Made by a program: the position numbers and the translations under genes. From Leucoraja erinacea (lineage: Eukaryota), in the NCBI RefSeq assembly GCF_028641065.1, contig NC_073414.1, forward strand, positions 558,001 through 622,000: 64,000 nt of DNA, read 5' to 3'. The notes beneath the pieces are model-generated. The model saw only the letters and a list, made by a program, of their open reading frames with translations. It was not told the DNA's origin and searched no databases. Positions 49,761 to 61,662 of the stretch are shown one piece after another (the first letter of the stretch is position 1; the number at the start of each line of letters is the position of its first letter).

Positions 49761-51175
49761 AACCTTTCCTATCCACGTGACTTTCCAATATTGTAATTGT
49801 ACCTACCCCAACCTCTGGCAGATCATTTCATCCATGCACCATCCTCTACGGACAAAATAGCCCTCAGATCCTTTCTAAATCTTTCTCTGCTCGCCTTAAA
49901 CCTATTTCTGCTAGGTTTAAGCTGGCCTACCTGGGTAAAGACTGTGGCTATTCACCATATCTATGTCCCTCACAACTTTTATCTGTCTCTATAAAATGTC
50001 ACCCCCTCAGCCACCTCCTCTCCATGGAAAAAAGGTCCAAGCTTGCCCAGCCCCTCCTTATAACTCAAACTACCTAGTTCCAATAATGTCCTCATAAATC
50101 CTTTTTTTTTAAAAACACCTTTTCAAGTTTATTGACATCCTTCCTGTAGCTGGAATACCAGAACTTTTGCTGTGTTCAAAATGTAGCCTCACCAACATAT
50201 TATACAAATGTAATTGGACGCCTCAACTCCTATACTCAATAGCCTGAGCAATGAAGGCAAGCATGTCAAACAGCTTCATCACCACCCTGTGGGTCTCTAT
50301 TTTCAATGAATTGTGTACTGGCATCCCCATGTCTCTATTTGGACAGGTACATGGATAGGATAAGTTTAGAAGGGTATGGGCCAAACACAGGCAGGTGGGA
50401 CAAGTGTAGATGGGATATGTTGGTTGGCATGGGCACGTTGGGCCGAAGGACCTGTTTCCATGCCGTATGACTATGATAAAACTTGTGGGCACACAGACCT
50501 GAAGTACAAATCAACCGTGATCTAATAATTCGGCAGCAGGCTTACCTAATGTGTTAATCACAAACTATAATTTATAAGTGAAGTTTCAGCTTATATGCAA
50601 CCAAGTTTATAATTAGTGCGCACACATTTCATAATCTGCAAACGTGCTTCAATTTTCAGTGTACCTGTACCTCATCATGCTTGTGCACATGACAATAAAC
50701 ACCTCTTGACTTGACACGGATTGATAGAGGAAGACAAGTCCAACAGAATTCCTTTTGAGGTTGTATCCAAGAGAATCGATCATGGCTAATTACTAGCTGT
50801 CGTGCTTCTGGACTTAAAAAGCCTTTGTAAAAGGTGCAACATAAGAAATTAAGCAGAGTGCATGTTTTCAGGTGGGCTGTGATGTGGACTGCAGATTGGC
50901 TGAGGGAAAATGATTAGGAAATGCAGGTGATTTGCAGGTGAGGGCTACGCCGGAATCGACGCTGGGCTCCAGCTGTTTATGATCTACACCAATGATCTAG
51001 GCAAAGGGTTCAATAGAGTTTGCAGATGATAAAGGTAGATGGCAAGGCAAGCTGAGAAGCACATGCAGAGATGCTGCAGGGGGATATAAACAGACTAACT
51101 GAAGGGGCCAGTCAAATATACCATGTGGAAGAGTAAGGGTATCCACTTTGGCATTCATATTCATATGGAATACAC

Positions 51176-51599
51176 TTGTATTCACTGGAGTTTAGAAGGA
51201 TGAGGGGGGATCATATAGAAACATATAAAATTATAAAAGGACTGGATAAGCTAGATGTAGGAAAAATGGTCCCAATGTTGGGCAAGTCTGGAACCAGGGG
51301 CCACAATCTTAGAATAAAGGGGAGGCCATTTAATACTGAGATGAGAAAAAACGTTTTCACCCAGAGAGTTGTGAATTTGTGGAATTCCCTGCCACAGAGG
51401 GCAGTGGAGGCCAAATCACTGGATGGATTTAAGGGAGAGTTAGATAGAGCTCTAGGGGCTAGTGGAATCAAGGGATATGGGGATATGGCAGGCACGGGTT
51501 ATTGATTGGGGACAATTAGCCATGATCGCAATGAATGGCGGTGCTGTCTCAAAGGGCCGAATGGCTTCCTCCTGCACCTATGTTTCTATGTTTTCTATG
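51176..51599 (+). mobile_element. CR1-type LINE 3' end
   Basis: Encodes YSLEFRRMRGDHIETYKIIKGLDKLD...FTQRVVNLWNSLPQRAVEAKSL. Confidence 0.9.
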
Positions 51600-51622
51600 G
51601 TGGGTAAAAGGTGGACTATTTC

Positions 51623-51908
51623 CACGGTGGCGCAGCAGTACAGTTGCTGCCTCACAGCGCCAGACCCCCATTTTTGATCCTGACTAAGGGTGCTGTCTGT
51701 ACGGAGTTTGTACGTTCTCCATGTGACCACATGGGTTTTCCCTTGGTGCTCCGGTTTCCTCACACAGGCATACAGGTTTATAGGTTAATTAACTTCTGTA
51801 AAAATTGTAAATTGTCCCGAGTGTGTTGTGTGTGCTAGTGTAACGGGGATTGCTGATCGACGTGGACTCGGTGGGCTGAAGGGCCAGTTTCCGCACTGTA
51901 TCTCTAAA
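51623..51908 (+). mobile_element. HE1-type tRNA-derived V-SINE, near full length
   Basis: tRNA-like head with A box TGGCGCAGCAG, a V-domain (GAGTTTGTACGTTCTCC...GTGCTCCGGTTTCCTC) and a CR1-like tail (GGGCTGAAGGGCC..TTTCC). Other copies near 2460-2690, 4285-4560, 5990-6180, 10100-10230, 12440-12590, 20752-21045, 24550-24795 and 29680-29880. Confidence 0.8.
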
Positions 51909-54900
51909 TTATTTTTTTATATAGCAAGAGACTTAAAGGCATTTAGAGATCCAGAGGGTACAAAGTGTTGGAGTAGCTCAGCAAGTCAGGGAACATCTTT
52001 GGAGAATATGGATAGGTGATGTTTCGGGTCAAAACCCTTCTTCAGAAATGTCACCTATGTTTACCAGAGAGGCTGCCTGACCTGCTGGGTTACTCCAGCA
52101 CTTTGTGTCTGTTTGTGCAGTAACCAGCACCTGCAATTCTTTGTTTCTACATGGAGACACCATTATTGTTATGGTATAAAGTTAAGATGCAGTTTAACAA
52201 GCGATTCGGAAGGCAAGCAGTACCTTGGCCTCCTATTACTGTAGCAGTGACATATTTCTTCAATAATATAGAGCCCTGAAGAGATCACATCTGGAATACT
52301 CAGTACAAGCACAGTCTCCCTACCAGAGTAAGGATTTATAATTGTAGTTGGATTGCAGCAAAGTTTCAGCAGACTGATTCCTGGGATGGCAGGCATGTCA
52401 TACGAGGAGAGATCAGCCTGTACTCTCGTTCACAAGAAACAAAAATAGAAATGCACAAAATTCTTGTGGGGCTTGTAGCAGAGCTGTGAAGTTGACATTT
52501 CACCTGGCTAAGGAGTCTAAAACCAGGAGTCAGTCTCTAAAGGGGTCAACCATTCTGGACAGTTGAGACAGTGACAAGAGAATCTTTGGAATTCACTAAC
52601 CAGAATCTGCAGAGAATCATTGAGCATATGGTTCCCATAATATTTTTTGAAAGGAGACCAAGATAAGTGCAGGAAGAGCCGAGGTCAAAGATCAGCTTTG
52701 GTCTCAACTGAATGTCAAGCAGGCATGAAGTTCCACATGGCAAATTCATGTTAGTTCAGTTCTTATATAAATTACCTCAGCTACAACTTACAGACCACAA
52801 TCCATTCAGGATCAGCATCTTTTATCTTCAGCTAACCGTGCAAACGTTACAATCTACCAAGTTTGATGAATAATAGAGAAACATGCAATTATCCTTTTCT
52901 GTACAAGGAACAAGACTGCAAATTAATGCATCTCTGATGGATTTGAGGTTTTTGTTCATGACAGAAGTGGATAAGCGGGTACAGTAAGTGAAGACAGCAA
53001 ATTGTTTATTGATCCAGAGCTATAGTCGAGAAGCAGGCCCTCGGCCCAACTTGTCTCTGCAAACCAAGATGCCCCATCTAAGCTAGTCCAATTTGCCTGC
53101 GTTTTGCCCATATCCCTGTCCAAATGTATTTCAAATGTTATAGCATCTGTCTCAACTACTTTCTCTGGTAGCTCATTCCATATAGTCAGGTGTGAACCTG
53201 GTGTGACAAAGTTGCTATTATATCTTTCCCCTCTCATATATATCAAATCTTTCATTCTCCGAACCTCGGAAATCTCTGGAGAGAAGGAATGGGCGACGTT
53301 TCGGGTCTGAAGAAGGGTCTCGACCCGAAATGTGGCCCGTTCCTTCTCTCCAGTGATGCTGCCTGTCCCGCTGAGTTACTCCAGCAATTTATGTCTACTT
53401 TCGATTGCTGGTCAGTGTGGGCCTGTTTCCACTCTGTATCTCTAAAACTAAAACTAAAAGACTATGTATGTGGTGTACGTTGTGCTAAAAATGAAATGTA
53501 TGTCTCTGATTTGCACTGTTTTATCTACAGAATATCTTGAAAACTTGTCCATTGAATAAAATGTAATTGCTTGTCATTCACACACACGCCTGTGCCACAT
53601 ATACTTGAATTCAGTTATTTTTATCTTCTGACCTTGGCACATGACACATTGGTGATTTAAATGCTATTTTTACGGATGCGTTTTTCATTGTGGCAATTAT
53701 TTTCTTTTAATTTATATTCAGTGAATTACTATTTACAGTAAGTGATTTATGGTAACATTTGATTCTTGTCTTGCTTGTGGTGTTTTCTATGGGACTCTCC
53801 ATATTTCTGGCTGCTGTAATTTCTCGTCATCCTCCTGGTTTTACTAAAGATATACCTGAGCTCTAAGGGAGGGGTAAACTATATCATGAGGGTGCCAACC
53901 AGTGTGGAACAATCTACAACAATTTGCAACATTTCAGACAAGGGATATGATTTGTTAGTTTCAATGTGAGTTTGAATGAGATATGCATTGAGTGCTTTCA
54001 TGTGACTCGAGCCTAATGAGAGAGGAACCTGAAGAGGTTGTTACACAAGGTTAGGACTTGTGGGTAGACACAACGTGCTGGAGTAATTCAGCGAGTCAGG
54101 CAACATCACTGGAGAAAAAGGAAGGGGGACGTTTTGGATCGGGTCCCTTCAGATTAGGACTTGTGGGATTGGGTTCAAATGTGTTATTAGCATAGATCTA
54201 AGATTGGTTAAAAATGAAATGGGTAAAAACAGGAAAGAGTGCAGAGAAGATTTTTATGAGGATGTTGCCAGGACTCGATGAGCTAAAGGCAGAGATTGAG
54301 TAAGCTAGAATTTTATTCCTTGGAGTGCATAAGGCTAAGGGATGATTTACAGATGTATATAAAATCACGAGGGAAATTGATTGGGTGAGTGGTGAGTTTT
54401 TCCTCGGGGTAGTGGAATCCAGAACCGGCGTTTATAGGTTTAAGGTGAGAAGGGAAAGATGTAACAGGAACAGGGGCAACTTTTTCACTCGGAGGCTAGT
54501 GGGTATATGGAATGAGCTACCAGAGGAGGTAGTTTAGACGGGCATTATAGTATTTAAAAGACACGGACAGATAATGGATAGGAAAGAGAGATGGAGGGAC
54601 ATGGACCAAATACAGTCAAATGGACTAGCTTAAATGGGGCATCTTGATCGGCATGCACAAATTGGGATGCAGTGCCTGTTTCTGTGCTATATGCTCACCT
54701 GTGATGGCAGTGAAGTTCAGGGCTTGGCTGTTACCAAAATCCTCTCTGACTTGGTTGAGGACATAACATGTTTTCTCCTAAGTGTGAATATAAGCATGAT
54801 GTGATTGGGTAAAATGGTGGCAGATAAAATTATTGAGAGGAAATGTAGAAATGGACTCTTGAAGAATGTACAAACAAGATTTATTTTTCTAGGATGTGGT

Positions 54901-57106
54901 TCCTTGTTCATGCAGGTACAACAAACAGTTAAGAAATTGCACAGTATGTTGCTCTTGAATTAAAGGAGGTGGATTATTTGAAACAAAGTCTGCAGTATTG
55001 TGTACAGTTTTTGTCTCCTGAGGAAAGATGCTTCCTTGCATGGCATGAAACAGAAATTCCTCAGCTGAGGAGGCTGTTCAATGTTACGGTTTAGTACTTG
55101 ACTCACTGGGGTGGGAGGAGGATGCTGAGAGGGTGGTTCTTCTGGCTGGAGAATCTTTTTATAGCTCGGCTTGTTGCCTTGGGGATAAGACTTCACTATC
55201 CAATTCCTGTTTCAGGGGGTTTGCTGTGGGGTTAATAAAAGGGCTGCCTTGTTTTCTATACAAACAGCTTTTTGGGAAAAATACCTAATTGGCTATAAAG
55301 TGCCTTGATGTCCTGAAGCGTTGTAAAAATGTAAATATTTTGTTGTTGCATTCTGGCCCGTACAATATGCATTGTGTCGTCTTTTACCTTTTCTACTCTG
55401 GCAGATCTTTCTACGTTGATACAGTCAAGTTCACTAAGTTAATTGCCATGGCTTTACAAGAAACGCATTGTTTCACACCACTACATTGTATCAGCTTGTT
55501 TAAATTCAAACTTTTTGAGCTGGTCTGCAGCTAGATTATTACATATTTGAAACAATTTGACCAACGTGTCCATCGATGTGCATGTTCTGACCTTGACCAT
55601 GCTAATGTGATTCGGGGATTTGCTGGGTTGGGTTTGATATTTGGACACAATTTCCATTTGTACTTGCCCAGAACAATCTTTGCCCATTTATTTATGTTCC
55701 TGTTTTAAATGTGAAATTGTAATCTTGCAGCATAACCTATCTGAATGAAAGTGCAAATTAGGGCTGTAGTTAAGGCTGAATCATGTTAACTGCTGAGAAA
55801 TAAATTTCACCCCTTCAACTTCCATTTGGTTTATGAAAGAGAGTAGTCATACTTAATTGCACACCTTGAGGATTTGCTGAACTATGAAATCATTTTAAAA
55901 AAAACTTCAAATCAAACATTCCAGATTATAGAATTAATATGGCTATTTGCTTTTCCCATTTTCTCTACTGTATAAATTAGTTGCATATCTGCATTGAAGC
56001 ACAGAATGATTGTTTGCAAAGTGACATTCAATAGTTCCAAAAAAAGAATATGTTAATAGAGTGCAGACTCAATGTAAATCGTCCCAAGTCATATTATAAA
56101 CTCTTGTGTCTATTTACATATTCTTTTCTAAGTCCTGACTAACTTTTGAAGTGCAGTTCCAGTGATGAAAGGAGTACTTGTGCAGCATCTTTCCTTTTCA
56201 GAATGTCCTAGTGATTTTCAGCAGAAAAAAACATTTCAATTAAAACTGGAAAATGCTGGTGATTCTCGCAGGTCAAACAATTTCTGAATAGTGAAACGCT
56301 CAGAATTTTGGAGTATAGTACTGCAATGCAAACCGTATCTCTCACAGATGCTACTGCCTAACCTGAGCATACCTAGTATTTACAGCAGTTGTTTTTCAAC
56401 ATCCCAACATTTAGTCACTGGAGGAATGAGTCAATGAAGGAAACGCAGATTAGTATACAACAATTCCATAAATAACTGAGATACAGAGTTGACATGGCAA
56501 TTGAGAATAATTGGATAGGATGGATGAAGTACATTGCACTAGTTCATTGTGTTTAACTGCACTGATTTAGATGCAGTTTTCTTGCAATGCATGGTTAGTA
56601 GAATGTACAAAGATGGCCAAGCACTGGAGGAATGGGGTGAAGGTGGTTGTTGCGTCTACTGTGCTGCAGTGATTGCAGTAGCCAGACATGTCGTGGTGGT
56701 GTTAAACAGACCTAATGACAATGTTTCCAGTGTCAATAGGAACTCAATATAATGTATTTTATGTTAATGCATTTAATACATATCATGTCTGAGAGGCTTG
56801 TGACCAATTCTTTTTCTTGTAATTTTGAAATTTGGATGCATAAATTGCCCTATATTCTGCATCAGTTTTACACTTGTGCTTGCTGTTACTAAATTGTTGA
56901 TGTGCTGTATAACAAGCTTAAATCATTTATCTGTCAACCTTCCCAAATAAGAAACTTTCACTCAACAGGAAGGAAGATTTGAGTTTGCAAGGCAAGCTCT
57001 GTCCATTGATCATTCACTTGGGTTAATGTATACCATTTATGAAGGCAAATGAATGGTAGAGGAAATTTATCTCCAGAATATTGAGTATCTCTATTTTGTT
57101 TTTCAG

Positions 57107-57622
57107 CTTTCATCAGTCAATGGCAGCAAGACCCGAAGGAGAAGGTTGTTTCACAGTTGCTTTCCCATCTCCCTCTACTTCAGCCTGGAAATGTAGAGGC
57201 AAAGTCTGAGTACATGAAACTGCTGCAGAAAGTGCTGGCTTACTCCATCGATAGCAATCTATTCATAGAAGAGAGTAGGCAGCTCCTATCCTATGCACTA
57301 ATCCATCCTGCAACCTCACTGGATGACCGCAGTTCTCTTGCCTTGTGGCTAACTCACTTGGAGGAACGCATGTCAAGCAACTACAGTTCGCCAAGCATGG
57401 GCCGGGCAGACTCTATTTACACAGGAGCGTACAACCAAAATCAGAGACACAATGTTGAAGACAAGCTAAATGAATGGCAGAACCGAGCGGATAGCAGCAT
57501 GTGTGTCACTGTTCCTACTTGGCTGGACAAGCCAATGACCTGTGAGAATGGACATTTGCCTCTGCATACATCTGTGTCAGTGCCATCTGCAATGAACAAC
57601 ATTGGGAGCAATAGCAGTACAG
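57107..57622 (+). CDS. SAMD4B: Smaug homolog (SAMD4B-like), second coding exon (516 nt); gene continues beyond the window
   Basis: Acceptor TTTTGTTTTTCAG|, translation (A)[69 protein letters not shown]...[10 protein letters not shown], donor |[22 protein letters not shown] and [10 protein letters not shown] are SAMD4B-type residues. Confidence 0.9.
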
Positions 57623-60600
57623 GTAAGGCAGACGATTAATTATCAAGTTTAGGCTGAAAAGCATTGTAGCCAAATCCCTATGGTTGGATGTTTCTGGCAT
57701 TGTTACAGGTGTTTGTTGCAGATCGATTTGTTAATTGGTGTGCCAGTTAACAATCGTGAACTTTGCATCCATCTCTTGTTCTGCATGTGCGGTTTTGATT
57801 AGCCTATCCTGAAGCTTTATGGAACGAAGTGTGTTTGTGCAAGTTTACCTTGACTCGAATAAAGAATAGGCAGATATCTCAGGGAGATGTGATCCCAGTA
57901 AAGCAATCAATGCCTTAGGAAAGAGAAAAATAGCGTGTTTGCTTAGCTTGAATTATCACAAACCAACTTATTTGTAGAGGGTGACAATAAGCTAGAGATA
58001 TCTGACAGCTGTGCCATTTTTTAAGAACTGTTCACTTGTTCCATCAGTTCCCCCTCTGGGGTATTTCAGCAGTAGAAATATTTCGGCAGTGCAGCGAACT
58101 AACAAACAGTGTCAAATAGGTTAGGAATTTTCACCACACATTGCTGAACTTGGCTATGTCATTTGGGATGGGGGAAGGGGAGAAAGCAAAAATAGAACTT
58201 CTGAAGGAAAAATTAAATGGGTTAGAAAATTGCCACATAATGATAGATTTGATTTTGGCTTTAGGGTGGTGGTGACTGTGATGTGAGAGCATCTCAACTA
58301 TCCCCCTTGCTGAAGGGCAGTGGGGGATTCAAGGGGGATTCAAAAGGAGGGAGAATATAACATTAAAACATCTCAAAATGTCTGCTGCAGATGTTGCATA
58401 ATAAAAAACATGTGCATTATAAAAGCTACAAAGAACATTCAGTACTCAACCATGCCAGTGGCGTCAGTCTATATATAGACGGGAACAAAAATGTCTGAAG
58501 GCAGTACGAACCTACAGCTGTTTTTCTCCTTTGTGCAATCAACTAAAATTATACATCAGGACGTATCTGTGAATGTGAAGCCAATAGAATAAATGATGGA
58601 CTTAAGTCAAGTATGGTCAGGTGTCACTGTCGCTTGTATTGGCAGCAGCCCAGTTCCGAATAGGCATTAGTCTGGGAAATAATGACTTCTCAAATGTACA
58701 TTGAAGTATGTCCCCTCAGGGTGGCTTTGCTGCCTCTAAAGATATGTGGCAATAGCAAGTGACAGCTCACATCTGTCTGCCATTTTATTCTTGCTCTGGA
58801 CAGGCCAGAAATTTAATTTTCATGTTGCTTTTTTATGACTGGGTCACGAGTCAGAAAGATTGTAAAGCACTGTTGGAAAATTCACGTTATTAACAAATTC
58901 ACTTGCTATTATAAAGCAAGCAAATGTGGTGATGTTCATCTTATAGGCATGTGATATATAAATGTAGATTTAAAGGTATATATGGAGCCAAAGCACTGAG
59001 ATTTTCTGATGTCTCCACTATTTAATCTTCACTGATAATGGGGAGCAGAGATCCAGTTCTTGGCTGCTGCCTTTCCTAAAAGGTATCACTGGAAATCCAG
59101 TGGAATGTCAATGGAACAAATGGCCTATTTGTGATGTAAATACTATGTACCCAGAGAAATTGGTGTTTTCTGTTCCAAATGTTGTGTTTATTAAATGTGG
59201 GTGCTCTGCAGACCCATAATGCACGTTTGTTTGTTTGTTACTCATTACCACTACCTTCAGTTTTTCATTCTGGGAAGTAATTTATCCGTGTGTTTCTTAA
59301 TTGAGATTTTGTCCACGTGTTGGCTTCCCAGGCAGGTCACCTTGCGTGCTTGGTGCTCCTTTGGGACTCTACCTTCCTTTTCAAATGCCTGCCCCTAACC
59401 AACTTGTCAGCTCTGACGTGTTCTTTTGCTGTAATGAGAATGGGATGCATGAATACACTCTCATTACCTCCGCAGTTGTATGAGGCTGTGCGCGATTAGA
59501 CTCTGATCCAAATGCATTTTTTAAGGAAATGTACAACAGGTACATTTTAAAATGAGAAAATGTTATGCCAGGGAACATAATGGAGCAGACATTGTGGATT
59601 TGGCAATCTCTCCTGAAGATTGTCTTTGTTGCACCACTCCAATGTGATGTATTTTAATTATCCTCCTGACCAACTGCACGTTGTAATAGACCTCTGCACA
59701 TTTGTCTGTTTTCAGTAGCTGGATTTTTATGCAAAACATTTGACTTGGGTATGTCTTTCGTTTTGAAATATTTAGTGTCGTGTCTCCAAGTTCTATTTGA
59801 ATACCATCGAAGTGAAGTATGTTAGATCAGCTGATCTTATTACATCATGTTGGGCATGACTGCTAACAGATTTGCCACCCATCAGCAACAATCGGTTGGG
59901 ATATACAAATAAAAATGCTGCATAGATGTTTTTTGGTAATGGTTGGCTTTTTAGCATTACTTCCTCGTATTTGCACCTATACAACCTGAAGGAAGATTAA
60001 CAGTGCAGCTTGCAAAGTCTCAATAAAAGGGAGCAAACCCACTAAACATAATATTTGGGAAGGATTGAAAGAAGGACAAGACGTGAAAGCCCTTTCACCG
60101 CCTATTGACTTGGATCATTTAATCTACTTTGTCTTGTTTAATCGAAATTCGGTCTGTTCTGCGGAAAGTCTGTTCAATCCTATGGAGAGTAAGCCTGGTT
60201 GATGGTTCTGAGTGATAATAGCACCACGGAGAGATGTAGGTGTACTTAATAGGATCAGAATTGTTAGCAAAAGCAGTGCATAGCTTACCTTCAATCCATG
60301 GAGTAAGCCAGAAAGCTCTAAGTTCTATTGACTTGTAGGTTGCTCGACTGCTGCTTTGGAGCAGTTTGGCTATTTTTGGCTATGTGAGTGGGAGCGGTGT
60401 TTACTGCTAAATTGGGGGTGGGCTGGAATTAATTCAGTGCAATACCAAAACAGCAGATCCACTCAATCCATAATCATGCTCTTTTTGCCCAACATAAGGC
60501 AAGAATAAAAGACACAAGGCAAAGCAAGGACTAGCATCTTCTCCACTGAGTCACAGTATAATTTCCTTGCAAGCCTTAAAATTGGTGAGCCAGAAGCCTG

Positions 60601-60739
60601 TCTTAACTTTGATGTTTTAATTTGAAGTTTTACTAATTGGGGAAAAATTACAGATTTAATTTTTGGAAAATCTTTCATTATTGATCTCCCTCTATCATGG
60701 TATTTAATAGTGGGGTTTCATTATTGACAAATGCAATAT

Positions 60740-61662
60740 AATGTGGGTAAATGTGAGATTATGTGGCAAGAACAGGAAGGCAGATTATCTGAATGGTGTC
60801 AGATTAGGAAAAGGGAAGATGCAACGAGACCTGGGTGTCCTTGTACACCAGTCACAGAAAGTAAGCATGCAGGTTCAGCAGGCAGTGAAGAAAGCTAATG
60901 GCCTGTTGGCCTTAGTTGCGGGAGGATTTGAGTTTAGGAGCAAGGAGGTCCTACTGCAGTTGTACAGGGCCCTGGTGAGACCGCACCTGGAGTATTGTGT
61001 GCAGTTTTGGTCTCCCAATTTGAGGAAGGACATTCTTGCTATTGAGGGAGTGCGTGTAGGTTCACCAGGTTAATTCCCGGGGTGGAGGGACTGACATATG
61101 ATGAGAGAATGGGTCGACTGGGCTTGTATTCACTGGAATTTAGAAGGATGAGAGGGGATCTTATAGAAACATATAAAATTCTTAAGGGATTGGACAGGCT
61201 AGATAACCATATAACAATTACAGCACAGAAACAGGCCATCTCGACCCTTCTAGCCCGTGCCGAACACGTATTCTCCCCTAGTCCCATATACCTGCGCACA
61301 GACCATAACCCTCCATTCCTTTCTCGTCCATATAACTATCCAATTTGTGCAAGAGTCCAGAATCAGGGGGTCACAGTTTAAGGAAAAGGGGTAGGCCATT
61401 TAGGACTAAGATGAGAAAAAAACATTTTCACCCAAAGTTGTGAATCTGTGGAATTCTCTGCCACAGAAGGCAGTGGAGGCCAATTCACTGGATGTTTTCA
61501 AGAGAAAGTTAGATTTAGTTCTTAGGGCTCACAGAATCAAGGCATATGGGGAAAAAGCAGGTACGGGGTACTAATTTTGGATCAGACATAATCATATTGA
61601 ATGGCGGTGCTGGCTCGAAGGGCTGAATGGCCTGCTCCTGCACCTATTTCCTATGTTTCTAT
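60740..61662 (+). mobile_element. CR1-type LINE 3' portion with a nested antisense LINE tail (about 61203-61345)
   Basis: Encodes QRDLGVLVHQSQKVSMQVQQAVKKAN...LYRALVRPHLEYCVQFWSP. The frame breaks after GLDRLD at an inverted tail fragment, then the element resumes. Confidence 0.88.

Noticed and set aside
51623-51700. tRNA gene
   Set aside because: It is the tRNA-derived head of an HE1-type SINE; there is no complete cloverleaf and it continues into the V-domain.
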